Both the position numbers and the translations under genes were made by a program. A DNA stretch of 64,000 nt, from positions 67,809-131,808 of the forward strand of contig JAAOMT010000144.1 of NCBI GenBank assembly GCA_016748015.1, read 5' to 3'. Positions 1 through 16,396 of this stretch are shown piece after piece. How positions within the stretch are numbered: the first letter of the stretch is position 1; every line of letters begins with the position of its first letter. This DNA is from Geosiphon pyriformis uo1 (Eukaryota > Fungi > Glomeromycota). Under the pieces are notes generated by a model that saw only the letters and a program-made list of their open reading frames with translations, was not told the DNA's origin and did not search any database.

Positions 1-48
1 TTTTAATATATATTATTTTCCATCTTCTTAAAACAATCAAAGTTATTG

Positions 49-3000
49 CTATTTTGTCTTTTTACTTAACGTTGAACGAATTTTAGCTCCTAACCCAAAT
101 TTTTTTTTATTTTTAGGTGGTTTGAGAGAAACATTTTCACCATCCGGATGAGAGGAATTAACGGAAGGTTCTGTAAACGGTGGGGTTGTAGTTTGTGTGG
201 GTGTAGGAATAAGTTTTTGGGAAAGCCCTATAAATTTATAGAACGTTAGGCATAATCTTTTTTTACATTGAAAAAAACAAAATTTAGTCTCTGAAAGAAA
301 CACTTACCAATGCCCGGTATTGGAGCAAAATTGCTTGGAGAATTAAGTCTTTTAATCGAAGATGGGTATATATAATGTTGAGGCATTGGTGATATAATTT
401 TTGGATTCATATATAATTGTTTCTTGACTGGCGATTGGAATTTGTCGGCAGAAACTGGCTGGACTGTTGGCGTTGCTGAAAAATGAGGGGTATAGCCACC
501 GTAAGTATTTGTAAATGGCAGTTTGAGAGTCTCAAACGATGGTCGACGAATTTCTCCGGTGTCATGCCTTTGAGACGATTCAGGGCAACCATTTTGAGCC
601 TTCAGAATTATATCTTGGGCCACTTTCTTTTGTGAAGCAATTGTTTCTTGAATTCTACTTTGGTCCAAGAAAAAAGACGGAGGTGTAGAGGGTGTCGATA
701 TCGTGGAGCCAGTTGGACTATCGGGCTGAGAAAGACTTTCAGAAATCGCTAAAGCCATTGCCATATCATGGTCCGAATTAATGATCTCATTTTGAGCTGA
801 AAATTGGGAGTTAAATCATAATTTAAATAAATCGAATGAAGGCAAAGAAAAAAATCATTGTTTTAATTACAGTTAGAATTCCTCTGTGAAATATACGACA
901 ATGAATTGAAGCAAGTTGGTTGGGTTTTCGAACCACTGGCAATAACTTATATAAAAAATTGTGAATCTAGTCAGTTTGAATCACTCAATATTTGAATGTC
1001 AAGGCGTGAATTAAATGGATGAAAAGAAACCTTCGTGATGCGATTCCGGGCTTGGTGGTTGATATTTATAATTCGAAATAGATGTAGATTTTGCTAAGAG
1101 AAGCATAAATTTGATAGATTAGATTAGTTTTTGCTGTGCCTGTCGAAAAAACCTTACATTTTGGCTCACCTCTCCATGAGAACTTTGGCGGCTTTGGCCG
1201 GTCCTTATCTAATGCTTGAATCAATTTATCCATCTCTTGGACGGGATCATTGCTTGCATCTAGCAATTCTTCTTCGCTCACTAAAATATTTTTATAATCT
1301 AAAGATGATTCGGGGAAAACATATTCACGAAGTCCTAAAACTCTCTTCCCAAAACTTTTTGAACTATGTGAATTTTGATCTGGTGGAAAATTAAAAACCA
1401 ACGGGGTAGCCGTCTTTGATGGATCAGAAAAATTAGGGGAAGTTTGCTCATGAAATACGTATCCACTCGTGGAAGCCACTTTAGATGTTTGGGTAAGAGA
1501 TTCGAATTTTGGGGAACTTGGCTCCCCTTGGCTGCCAGTTGATGAAGGTGTGGAAAGAAACGTTGGGGATTTTACATAATTATTAGATTTCTGCGTTTCA
1601 ATGTCTGGGATAGATTGTGACAAAAAATTTTCATAGTGAGCTGACGACCGTAGGGAGTATATGTTTTGAGTTTCAAGCTTAGTCTCTATTGAATCGACAT
1701 TTGCTTCAACAATTGGTGCTAAAGCTTGTAAAGCTTTTGTCGAATTTTTTTGGGGGAGGTTTTTAACAAAACTTTGATCTTGTGATGGGATAGGGGTTAA
1801 TTCCGACAAAGATTTTGACAAAGGGATTGAAGATTCTTCAATTTCTACTGGGGATTTTTTGTCGCTATTTTCAATTAAAGATGCTAAATCAGGCATTAAA
1901 ATTTCAGATGAATTTTGAGGAGACAGTTGCAAGGCATCTGAACATGTTGCGTTGGCTTTTGACAAAATTTTAATGTTCTGGCTATGATCTAGGTGAGAAA
2001 GGCCTTCATTGGAAATAGATTTGGGAAGACTCTCTACAAACTCTGTTAAGCTTGGTTGCTTAACTACAGTTTTTGCCAACTGCAGAGTTTTATTCATTTG
2101 TTCAACCTGCGGACTGAGTTGATCACCCTGAATCTGCTCATTTTCTTTTGAAGGTGAAGGTGAAATTGAAATAAGTGGAAAACTATCAGTGTCAGCATCG
2201 TAAGAACTTGATCTAGATAATTTGAATGCTAGATCCTCTCGGGGCTCAATCTCCAAATGGTCTTGAACAATAGGGAGGGTTGGTAAGTTGACTTGAATTT
2301 CTATATTTCAACAAGAAAAGTAGCACGATTTGAAGATTCAATAAAACTTTAAATTTAGCTCTATAAACATTAAAAATACCCTTAGGGTCCTTAGAAAGTT
2401 CTTCACCTTTTGGCTGAAGGAATTCTCTAGTATCAAATACGCGACTAAAATGAAAAGCGGATGGATTTTTTTCCGGACATTCAACAGAGTTACCTTGAGA
2501 CATCTGATCGAATTCATTATCCAACACTTGATAAATCTTTTTCAAAGCAACTTCAGCAAATTCACTAACTTCACTTGCATCAGGGCGTTGTATGGAATTC
2601 GAGTTCCAACATAAATTTATCAATTTTCGTAAAGATTCTGGCACTACATCTAATATTGGTGGTCGTTCCCCAGAAATAATATCAGAAACCAAGCAATGAT
2701 CATGAGCACGATCATTAAACGGAGGCCAACCAGATATGATTTCCCATATTATCATCCCTAGACTATAGATATCCGATTTATTGGTATACTCGCCACCTAG
2801 AAGAATCTCGGGAGCCATGTATGGTATAATACCGAAGACTTTACCCTCTGAAAGTTTTTCAGCCGGACCGCAAAAGCCCAAATCACTGATTCGATTAACT
2901 CCAAGATTGCTTCGAAGAATATTCCCAGAGTGCAGATTCTTATGTATAAGGCCTTTTTGGTGTATCCAGGAAAGACCTTTGGAAATTTGCGAGATTATTA

Positions 3001-3909
3001 TGAATTTGTTTTTCCAAGTTAATTCATGATGATGAGATTGTAAAAAATGACGCAAATCTCCTTTTTCCATAAATGGCATCACTATTATATAATTTCCAGT
3101 GGTTGGATCTCGACTTAGCCCATAAAAATCTACAATATATCTTCTATCCGGTTTCATTTCCAAGTATTGTAAAGCCTTCGATTTAGATTGACAAATAAAA
3201 ATTTTTCACAAATCGAAATGTAAAAAGCGGTTAATTTTTGGATTTATCAATGATTATATAAGCTGCCAACCTCTCTGATAAAATCTTCACTCGGATTTCT
3301 ACTATTGAAAACACTTTTCATCACCACAGGAACATTTGGTTGCCTTTTGAAAGTCCCATGTTGCATATCCCAGCCAACAATCCTTCCTCGGTTCCAAATG
3401 GCGGTGAAAACTTCTCCAAATCCACCTCTAGTTTTATATGTCACACCTATGAAGTCTTCAAAGGGGATCCATTCGACAATAAATTTAGGGAAAGGTTTTC
3501 CCATCTGACATTTTTGTATAAAACGATTAATTACTTGACTTCCACTATTCCATTCCTCGAACCCATTTCGCAATAACATTCGCATGCAATTATCACAGTA
3601 AATTATTGAATAGTGGGAATAATTGCACATTGGGCAGATATATTCCGGCCCAAGTGAATAATTGAGATCGTCAAGTTGTTCTTTTTCGGCAAGGAAATTT
3701 AGTAGCCATTGTTTTTCTTCTGGTGTCAAATTTGGATTGTATTGTATTGCGAGATGGATGGGTGTGATCTTTGTGAATTTTTCGTGTGATTGATAAAGAA
3801 TTTCGTTTAACGTTTCAGCCATGACCGACGTTCGGTAGACAATAGTATTTGATTGCATGGTTGGGGAAGAAGGCCCCGTTGATAGGGTGTCTGATGACAT
3901 TCTATTCAT
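49..3909 (-). CDS. TKL-family protein kinase (probable pseudokinase) with N-terminal Cys4 motif and long S/P-rich C-terminal tail, about 1123 aa, 7 exons
   Basis: Hand-spliced GT-AG model that stays in frame: 3909-3271, 3175-2380, 2300-1170, 1093-1031, 945-871, 796-308, 227-49 (3372 nt). Motifs: CPMC..CDNC, WNSGSQVINRFIQKCQ, EWIPF, RGGFGEV, VVMK, HKNLHSGNIL, ISDLG, PYMAPE, SDIYSLG. The small 3' exons are less certain than the kinase exons. Confidence 0.85.
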
Positions 3910-6773
3910 GTTAAAAGAATCGACAGGGAAGTTTCCACAGGATTCTAAAAGAGAAATAATTTGCGCTGGAATTATACTTACGGTTAATTGAAAGTTGAAA
4001 TTAAACTTATTCTGAAGCAAATTAAAACTTTGAAAAATCTTTTAAACCAAAAATTGTGATATCAGAATGATTTGGAGGGATAAAACTTCAGGAGGCTTTA
4101 ATTTTATCATTTGATTTAGATAAATACAACAACGGAAAAATTCCCATTATTGTAAATAAAGAATCGGTAGTTGATCACTGGCACTTATTTGAAGAAAATG
4201 TGTGACACTGTATGGACCAATGGCAATGAGAAAATAGGTTTCTTATACGAAAATCTTTATTAATTTTTAACTTTTTATAAAGCATGATTCTCGTATTTTC
4301 ATATTTTCCTTTCCCACAAAAAGGTAATGCATGAAAGATTCTTGGAGGCGTATCTCAAAGAAGGAATTCTAATTTTATCATTAACCACATTTTGCTTTTA
4401 ATACCATTTAGCGTTCAGGGTTGGAGTCAAAAATTCTTCTGTCAAACTCTACGAGATCATTTCATTTATTATGAATCCAAAAATGATTATTATCTATTAT
4501 TGACATCTGAATGGTTCAGGCTCTTGACTAAACATTTGACAAAGGTATTGATCAAATAGTTCTCGGTGGAGGCAAAAATCCAAAGAATTTAAACGAAATT
4601 GAGTGCTGATAGTTTTTTGTTTTCACCTAAGAGGCGTCGTTAAAATGAATCTAATATTACGAAAATAGCTTATTTGTATGAAGAAAAAGCAACATTTTAT
4701 GAATTTTATGTGAAATACCATTGAATATTTCGGGTTAGTCTATAAATTGTTTATGGAAGCAAGGGAAGTCTTATATTCACTTAAACCTCATTTTTTATGT
4801 ATTCCAGTCAAAATTTCATGCTTTCACAAATAGTTATTTTTGGATAGATATATGCAAATTGAAATTTTGCAAAAATAGTTTTGGAACATGTTCTCTTGTA
4901 TCCCGAAACTCATTTTTTTCATATGTTTTGGGATACAGATAAAAAAGAGCATACGATATTAACCTGTCCAGTGGTTGGCTTTTTTCGTTCAAGAGATTAC
5001 CTGTGAATATATTTACCTGCGTGAGAACCTTGATAAATGACTTTGGACTTGATTCAGAATTTTTGATCTTTGACCAAGAACTTTAAACCTGTTAAATTTG
5101 AAGCCCATTCTTTTTCATAGTGTTCCATTCGTGATTGTTAATAAAGTCATAGTGGTAAATCCTCATTGATTAAAATGAAAATCATTGAATGTGGCGCTTG
5201 GTTTTTGGCATGATTGGAAATTTATTTTTGATCATTCAATTAATAGTTAGGCTGACTGCTAAATTTAACTTTTGAAGTGTTGAATATTTTTTTATTTTCA
5301 ATATAAGATTTTATTAGCTAACCAAAAAGGGTATTTCGATTGTAAAATTTAGCATTCAAATTAAGATATCTTATGTTATTAAGATACTTGAAAATTGAAA
5401 CATTTTTTTTGGATTTGGGCTTCTTAAATTTATTTCATGTAAGTTTGCAAAAAAATACGTTTTTATTTTAAGGCAATGATAAAATGAAACATTTTGAATT
5501 TAATGCAAATTTTAAATTTTTATTTGTAAAAATTTTTAGAAAGTCACATTAGCCAAACTTGGTTTTGTAAAAAAAAATTGCTTCAAAGCAAAAAATAGCA
5601 AAAAATAATAATTCGTTTTGAATTTTTATAAATCATAGCCATAGACTTAGGCTTTAATAATTTAAAACAAAAATTGTAACATTAAATAACTAAACTTTTG
5701 AAAGTTAATATTGACAAAAACAAAGTACAAAAAGATTGTGTTAACAAGTTAAACCATGTAGTCAGATTTGTTTGATTGATAATTTTTTTGAATATATAAA
5801 TTTAAAATCTTTTCCAATAAAAACTTTTTTTTAAGTTTTATTTGTATCAAAATGTATGGTTTATCTTTTTAGTTTTAAATTAAAGAACGTATTTTTTTTG
5901 CCATTTTAATAAAATTTAACCAAGAATTTATGTATTCAACTTTATTAAAAAAAAATTAAAATACGTTTCAAATAATTTATACTAAAGTTTAAAAATAAAA
6001 TAAAATTATTTTGTCTCGAGTAAAATCTGTTATTTTATCCTGACAAATTTAGAAATATTTTTGATTGGATTAAAATTGGTTATTAAAAAATACTTTGAAA
6101 TTTAAAAAATATAATAATTATGAATGTTAACATTAAAAATACATTATATTATATTCTCAACAATGAATCGAAAATATATATATATATATATAATATAAAA
6201 AATTTATTTAAAATATTTTTGATTTAATATAATATTTTTGATAATTAAATTATTAAATTTATAAAAAATGATATGTTTTAACAAAAACTACATTTTTATA
6301 TAACAGATTCTAATTAATAAAATATTTAAATAAATTTTATAAATAAAGAGTTTAATTAATTTAAAATGCAAATTTATTATTTTTTATAAAATATATTTTA
6401 TTAAAAAAATAAATTTTTTAAACTATAAAATAATTATATGTATATATATATTGTTGCTTTATTTTAATTATTATCTAATTTTTTGGTTAATATCTTTATT
6501 AATACAGACTTTTTATTATTAAGGTTCAAATTTTTTTATACAATTTTTTTATATGTAAGATTTTTTAATAAAATAAATTATTGTAAATAATTAAATAATT
6601 TTATTATAATTTATAATTATATTGTATGTAAACAATTACAAATAAAATGACAACATAATAAATATAAAAAATATTATTTAAATAATAGAATTTTTATTCA
6701 CAAATTACAATTTCTAATTAATTCATAATTATTATTTTTTATTAAATAATTTTAATAATTTTAATAATAAAAA

Positions 6774-6820
6774 AGTGGTTGGGCTACACTGCAATCATGT
6801 AAAAAATTTAAATAAAAAAA
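6774..6820 (+). mobile_element. Relic LINE 3' terminus
   Basis: agtggttgggctacact...gtaaaaaatttaaataaaaaaa closely matches the LINE 3' end at 38268-38310 (agtggttgggctgcactcgtaaaatctttaataaaa). It lies inside an AT-rich tract. Confidence 0.6.
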
Positions 6821-9162
6821 CCACAAATATCATCTTAATTAATTCAGAAAAAAATTGAATGTTAGTTTATTTAATTTTATATTAAGACTATATATTTCAT
6901 TTTTTTGAAAATATAACACAAAATGGTACTATTGTACTTTTTTATATTTTCCAATTACTTTTAATCAAACGAAAAGCTTGGAATAAATTTTAAGTTTAAT
7001 TATATACATTGATAATTTTTTATAAATTTTTTATTTTTATGTTATGTTATTTAATGTCACTTGTCAAAAAAATTGAAAATAGATTATAATTTAGATAAAA
7101 AAAAATTAAATTAATAACTATTTGAATCAATATATATATATATTATTAATATTTTATATTAATATTTAACAGTATTCTTAAAATTTCATTTTTATAATTC
7201 AGTTTAATATTTAAAAGTAAAATTATTTAAATGTTTCTGTGAGCAATTTTTCTAGTTAAAAAATTAAAATTAAAAACTTCAATAAACAAACTTATTAAAT
7301 AATAAATTTATATTTTACAATTAAAATATTTCTGTTATCACATTTTTATAACAAATTTTATGTAAATTGGTTTTAAATTCAATAAAATATTATTTTTAAT
7401 AATATTTTTATTTTTTCATGAATACACTTTTATTTTAATTAAACAAATGATTTGCACTATTGTAAAAAATAGTTCTTTTAATTATAATATATGATAATTA
7501 AATAAAAATTATTTCAATTTTAATATTTATATTGCTTATTAATTATGTCAATACTTAGTTTGGCAAAATTTAATCATATAAATAAAATAAACAAATGTTT
7601 AAAAGAAGTTAAAAGTTTAAACTTTGAAAATTCAAATTAAATAAGTCAATTTTATCAATTGTATTTATTTGTTTTCTCAAGTAATAAAAATTTTAGAAAT
7701 TTTTAGAAATTTTTTTGCAAATAATTTTTAACCATAATTTTTAATTTCTCCTAACTCTTTTACTTCACATTTCAATTTATGAATGAGATTAGCCCGACTT
7801 CGCCACATTTTTTCTAATTATTTTTCATAATAACAGTTCATTTTCTCAAATTTCAGCCACAAATCCATAATAATTATCGCAGGTTTCTTTGTTTATAAAT
7901 TCCTTTTTATTTCCCAACCCACAACAAAAGATAAAAATGGTCTTCACACCTCGTCCCAAAAACTGGATAATTGACATGAGAAAAATTATTTTCAAAGACT
8001 ATGAAACTAATAATTTCCTACTTGATTATTTTTCAAACCTTAAATGATTTCCTGCAATGAAGCCTTCATATTTGACAGCTTGAAGTCTTTGGATTTAATA
8101 AATGACTTTTGTAGAACATAATATATCGTTAGGGTAGTATATAATACTAATATTGCCAAAAGACCCCTGTTAATATTGTGAATTTTCATAAATTCCATTC
8201 TTGGACAATTTTCCAAGCCAAAAAATTCCATTAATTCGAATTCTTGGAGCTTGAATCTTCAATCAGAACACGAGATTACAGTTTCAATAATAAACTATAC
8301 AAAAGTAATTAATGGTCTTTTAACCATAATTAAAAACGTGCATTCCGTGTCACACTCGAGATTTTTTTAATTGATTGGAAAAAATTTTTGACAAACCATG
8401 TGCGTGAATCAGGATAAATATTAAAAGGACATTTTTCTCCTTTTGCTAAAGATTTCCCAAGAGAACACAGGAAGCAAGCTTTATAACAGAGATAGCCAAA
8501 ATAACGAAAACTTGTTTGTAAAATCTTCCGTCAAAATATTCTCATTTATTTATTTAGTGATATACGGATTGTTACTTTTATTTGTTTCTAAATTCGGCGA
8601 AAACTAATCATGGTGCCAAGAGCCCAAGCTCCCTTTCCGCAACTTCCCAAAGTTCAAACCACAGGCTAATAACTAAAAGCCTTTTGGTTTTACAATTACT
8701 ATCATATACCCATGTTGTACATCATAAGCAAATGTGTCAGTATAGTAAATGCATATAATAGGTTTCTAACATTGCATAACCGTAACTTGACAACTCAAAA
8801 AAGATAGCTTGAATTATCGTCACTAGGCCTGTGGAATATAGAATTCAGTGCAACCAATCACATTTATATCAGTTACATCTGCAGTGACTCGCATGATAAA
8901 CTTATACTGGTATTAGGAAAAGCCAAACCCCTTCGTCCCTCTCCATAAAACTCCTTGTTAACGCCTCCCATCGTCTTATTTGGTCAAACTATAAAACCTT
9001 TCCTGAACCTTCCCTTCGTCGCCATACTTAAAGCCACCGCCTTCTTTAACGCCAATATTATTGTTTTTTCTAATCCTAAAAATATCAACTAGACATTTGT
9101 TTCTTTTTTACACTTAATCTTTCTGTACTTGGTAACATTATCCACAATAAAAGTTTTTAATT

Positions 9163-10296
<1,134 letters not shown>

Positions 10297-11970
10297 AATT
10301 TTTGATTTTATCATAATTTGATTTCTGTCATAAATTTGAATATATATATATTATTATATAATCAACATTATTTCTTCGTCGGCTATTCTTTCCACCATTA
10401 CTATTACTTTTACATATTTGCTTTCTCCTTTGGGTCATTTTCAACAGTGTTTTGCCTCTTTTACCATTTTTAATACCTTGGTGTTTAGAAACGAGGGCTT
10501 GACGAACGTGTTTATTCTTTCCGAGTTTTATTGGATGGGTGGTTGATTAATTGATAATCAAAGTTTGATTTCACAAAATATGGCCAAAATTTTATTTCTT
10601 TTTGTTATTTCAAATTCGGACTCCAGGATCAACCCAAAACACCTTAACATTGTATATGTTCTGATCGATTTAGTTTATCCGATTATTTTGATATTTAATG
10701 CGAAAGCTCTATGCGAATTGATTTGCAAAAACTTTTTTCAATATATTCTACAAAACAAAAATATTCAAGAAATCTCAAGTTTGGACGTGCTGAAAAGTCT
10801 AGTGCTCAACGTTTCTTCTCTTTCTATTACGCGTCTTCTTGGGAGATCACGAATACACAACTACCAATCACTGATTCAAGATAATTCGATGTTCGTTGGT
10901 TGCAGAGCTTTGGCGCGAGATCTACCCTAATTGAATAGGTCAAAGAACACACATTTAGGGCGTTGAGATTCCAATATCAATTACCTAAATTGTGGCAAAA
11001 AAAAATTGAAAATTTTGAACCAAAAGGTGTATCATGTAAATTGGATAATCCGTTTCCAACCAGAAGCAGGAACCTGAGAATTTGGAGATTTAGGCTAGAT
11101 TATGCATTAAGTCCATCATTAGTTGTTGATTGTCCTTCCATCAACAGTTGGGTGGAACATTAACAACTATCCGTGGGCTATTAAAATAAATAGCACCATC
11201 GTGATCCTGTACAACTAGTTTTGGGATTTTATCGTGGAGAATTAAATTTGTGCCTGTTAAAGAAATTCAGGAAACAAATTGATGGTTGTTCCCCATATAG
11301 GTTTAATTTTGATCAGCTGCATTCATAACAGTGAATCTTGTGGAAGATCGAAACTATTGTCTTTTCGGAATAAAGTTATTTTTAAATGGAAGTATGGTTC
11401 TGCGGAAACATTAAAGGTTAATCTGACAACTCGATTTCATCCAATGATATCTCCTGAATTTTATGTGCATATTGGGGAGATCTACTCTCGTACCCTTAGC
11501 AAATTCCCTTGTAGCACATTTCAAACATTTTAAGTTTCGATTCACAGATTGCGTAGTTTTTAAATAACAAATTACTTAATAGAAACTTTTTAAATTTTCA
11601 CAAACAATTGTTTTAAAAACAGCTACGGATTTTCTTGTAGCATTTTGTTGATCAAATGAGAAAAACGATTTTGCGCCAATGCTTGGTATTTTTCAAGGGA
11701 AATTTACTTTAAAAAAATTTTTTTTTTTACCGAAAAACGGTATTTAGAAAATTTTGACTTTTTTTAAACATTCTATATTAGTTTAAATGAAAACCGATTT
11801 TTAGTAAATTTGTCTTTTTTAAACATTCCATATTAGTTTAAATGAAAATAAGTTAAAAAATTGATTAAGGTCAGAATACTTTTTATTATTAAAAATTTAA
11901 TAATAAAATTAAATTTTTGATGGATTTATATTTATATAATAATTGATTTTTAAATAATATATTAACCTAA

Positions 11971-12003
<33 letters not shown>
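11971..12003 (+). repeat. (AAT)n microsatellite
   Basis: 11 perfect AAT units. Confidence 0.9.
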
Positions 12004-15000
12004 TTAATTAATTTAAAATATTTTTAGTATTTTATTAATCAGAATTTTTCTAATAATTTCATAACAAGAATTAGTTAAAAAATTGGTTCAAAAAAACATT
12101 TAAAAGAGGCAAAAATTAAACAAAAATTAAAACACAAGTAAAATTTATTGTATAAAAATTTAAAAAAATCAAATTTACTTTGTTCGATCGAGTTTTGTGT
12201 GTTTAATTATTTAATAATCATTTATTTAGTTAAAAAAATTTTTTTATTGTGTATAATTTTTTTGTATTTAAAATGATTACAACTTATAGAATCAAAGCTG
12301 AATATGATAATATTAATTTTTTGAACAATTATGATTAATATAATACGACAAAAAATAAAAATTTACAAGATAGAAAAAAAAAAATTCTTTTTATTTTAAT
12401 GTCATTAACGCATACTAATGTTTTACTTGTAGACAATTAATTGTTCAAAGTATTTTAAATTTTAAATTTGTGTTTAATTAAAAAGATAAGCAATTTAAAA
12501 TAATTTTAATATAAATAATTTTAAATAAATTTATTTCTTATCTTTCTTTTTCATTATTTGCAAATTTAATAGATTCTACAACTTTTTCACCTGTCAAAGC
12601 CTTGAATTTAAAATTTAAAATGAACAATTAAAAATGTTTTGCCGTAAGCATCTTATTTGAACCTGATTTTTTCAAAGTAATTCAAGCCAAAAATTTTTTT
12701 TTACTGTAAAAAATATGTGTAATAGCTGATGTAAACCTATTTTATACAATCGTAAAATAAAAATATCGCTTTTTATAATTAATGCTCAAAGGTTCATTAC
12801 TATTACAGAAAAACTGACTAATTGTAAATGGTTTTTATTGTGTAAAAATCAATTCATAGTTACAAAAATAGCTTTTTGTCACATGAAATCAACTTATTGT
12901 TTTACAAAATAACCATTATTACATTTTCATTAAATAAGACATAAATATTTTAATTAAATTCACTTTTATTAGCGTTAGATGTACTATCAGTTTTATAATA
13001 AAATGTTAACTTTACCATTTTTTGGAATATTTTTTATAATCCATTATCATTATGGATAAGAAAGCTTTTTAATTTTAATAATGTATGTTTATGTTTAATT
13101 TTTTTTTAAAAATTTATCAAATATGAATATTACTTGTATAATAATTAACACATTTAAATTATTGTTTTTAAAAAATTTTATACAAATTTATGAAAAAATT
13201 TATCACTTTATTTTTTTAAAATATTTTTTATATAACAATTAAATATTGTTTGCTTTTGTTTTTAATATATTTTTGATGTAATTTTCAACTTATCAGTTTA
13301 ATTGACTTAAAATTGTTATCTTTTTTTTGAATCTTCAAATATAAAAAAGCAAATAGTTTTGCAGTATCCATGAATAACTCTTTTATAATAGACCTTTCAA
13401 TCATACTATTGCATGAAGACTCAAAATTTTACAAGTTATTTTAATGAAAACTTTTCTATTATTACAGAGATGATACAAGAGCATAATTTTCATGAATTTA
13501 GAATTTTTGTCTCATATATATATAATGTTTATCTTTTAAAAAAAATAATAAAATATTTTTATACTTTGAAAGCAACGGTCAAAGTTACTACAAATCAAAA
13601 CATCTTGTGGAGTAATTTCTTTCTCGTTAAGTTCATCAAGTTAATCTTATAATGACAAAATTTTCCGGCCTAAAGTTTTTATTGCTTCAATAAAGAAAAC
13701 AATAAAGTGCAAATTTAATTAATAATCTCTCAAATAAGGTTTAAATTCATTACATCACAAAATAATTTTTGTTTGCGTGAGCTTTTTAAAGAAAATTTAG
13801 TATTTTATATATCCGCCTGAATAAATCATATTTTCTTGGTAGTTTATTATTCCTCCAGAATAGTCAATGTTTTAGGAATTTATTATTCCCTATATAAAAC
13901 AGTTCTCACGCCAAAAAAATTTTGATAACTTTTTTTTTTCAAATGTTTTCATTCTTTATATATTACGACAAAATATGTTTTATCTAAAATTTGCATAAAT
14001 ATGGATTTCAAATGCTCTTGGCCAATAGAGCTTAGTTATACGGTGGATTTTATTAAATTCAAAAAATTAATAGAGAAGCGATTTCATTCAAGTCACAAAA
14101 ATAGATGGACTCAAACAGTGAATCCAACATTTATACCAAATCAATTTTTTCATTTTCATTTTGATTTAAAAAAATCAAAGTGGTAGTGCTTTGAAAGAGT
14201 ACACTAAAAAAATGATTCTTTTTTCTTAAGATTCTTCGGGTGAAATGTAGGCGTTAGATCGCAGTTGAAAAACAATCTAGTTAATAGTTTCAAGGAAACG
14301 AAAATTTGGTACAAATTTTGTTATCACATATGGTTCAAAGATTTGGAGTCACTGATATACTATGAAATCCTATTGGTTGAACAGCAATATTACTCGTTTA
14401 ACTATGACTTACCTTAGTTAAAATTTTAAATATAGAGAACAATCTAATATAAAAATTATTTTCAATCTCAACTCTACTCTGTTCCAATTTGGTTTCTCAA
14501 TAATAAAATTCCCTTTCTGTCAAGCCAATTAATCGAAAGATATTACAAAGTATTATGATCCAACCAGAAACGCTGTATTCTTAGTTATAATTAATTTTTT
14601 TTTAATTTTTTTGGAATAATCTTCTTACGAAGCTGGTCAAATCCGCAAAATAACGATGGTAGTAAAATATTCAAACACCAAAAATTGATTATACGATTAG
14701 CTTATAGTTTAGATCCTATTTACCAGGTTACTTGTTGACCGAAAATTTTTTTGGTCCAACACAGTTTGAAAAAATTTTCGGGGCTTTCATTTTTCCTATT
14801 TCTAGAATTAGCAATTTTTCATAATTAAAAAATTTAAATAGATAACGACTATTATTTTAGATCATTCGCCGATTTAATTTTTTTCATATACACGTATTAT
14901 TATTATGTAATTGATAGATTCGGAGCTGATTGAATTTACGGCAAAATATTCTATCCTTTATTGAAAAATTGATTAACTAATCCCTTTTTATGCGCAGTAA

Positions 15001-16396
15001 AATAAAGTTTTTTTTCTTTTGAAACTTGTCCACATTCTAATTCCAGCTTATCACTCATCACATAAGTATGACACTGGGAACAAAGGGGTTATAATTTAAA
15101 AACAAAGTATTTCAGATCATTTATGTAAATATTTAGGAACAAAGGGAAATCCTTGAGCTTTTTTTTGAAAATTCCTAATTATAATCGCGTAAATCTTTAT
15201 TTATTATGAGAAGATGTATTTAGCTAAGGTACAGTATTCCATGAGTGAAATAGTATTATTATAAAAGAATGTAATGCTTTTGATATTAGATTCTGTGTCT
15301 ACAATGCTGAATCATAATCATCTTTGTGGCATACGATGTTTGGTTTAACAAAAAACGAATCGCGAAAAATTCGTCCATCTTCTATGATAAAGCTTTCAGC
15401 TGACCATTCAGACCTGCTAGAAAACTTTGTTTTCGAAATTGGGAAAAAGAACATTCGATTTAAATATTAACTTTACTCTAAATATATCAAATTAAATATC
15501 ATTTCTTCTTGGTTTACAATCTTTGCAATTGACTTTTAATTCTTTGTTCATCATTAAAGTACAGCTTTTTAATTTGACCAAAAATCATTTTTTTCTTGTT
15601 AATTCAAAATCTTTAAGAAAACTTGAATTTATTTCTTTTTTTTAAAAAACGATGCGTTAAAAGCTAATAAGTACATTTTATGAAAAAATTCTATTTCTAT
15701 TTTTCTAATTAAAATTTATTATAAAACTCAAAATTGCATGTACATGGTAAAAAAATTATTAATTTATTAAAAAACTATTAATTAAATCTTTTCACAATTT
15801 CTAAAATACATTTAAAATAATTTACACTTATTTTCATTAATTCGAAATTTCATTATTTATTTACAAATTATTCAATATTTGTATTATTTTTTAATCTCAT
15901 CAAATATTAAATTTAAATGTATTTATAAGCCTTTTTTTTACACTTTTAAAAGTTTTCATATCTGCTAAAGTAAAACTGAATGTGTAAATTGAAAATTTTT
16001 TTCTCTTGAAAATAGATTATCCCCATCGCCAGAGTTTTTACTATGTTCCTCTAAATCCCTCGAATCTTTGATATACAAATTTTTATTTATCTTAATTAAA
16101 TTTTGTTCAATTGTTTTCTTTCTAAAAAAACATCTCTCTCAAGATATTACCTGCTTCTAATAACCTGAATGTCAAAAAGAGTTCGCTTAGATAAATTTAA
16201 ATTTACTTTTTCATAGAATTCATGAATTCAAAAATTTTTTATGAATTTCAAATATTCATCAATTAAAACATATCAAAATGGATGTAGCAATGACAGAAAT
16301 TATGACAAAGAAAGCTTAATTCAAAATAAAATATAGTTTTTTATTATACTTTGAGAATAAAAGTAAGATCCTTTTGAATATATTGCATTATTCTAA

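Noticed and set aside
10565-11533. Three short ORFs downstream of CDC42
   Set aside because: They have non-ATG starts and no recognisable motif, and I could not build a coherent spliced model.
11748-11848. About 55-bp imperfect tandem duplication
   Set aside because: Real, but an ordinary local duplication with no sign of function.
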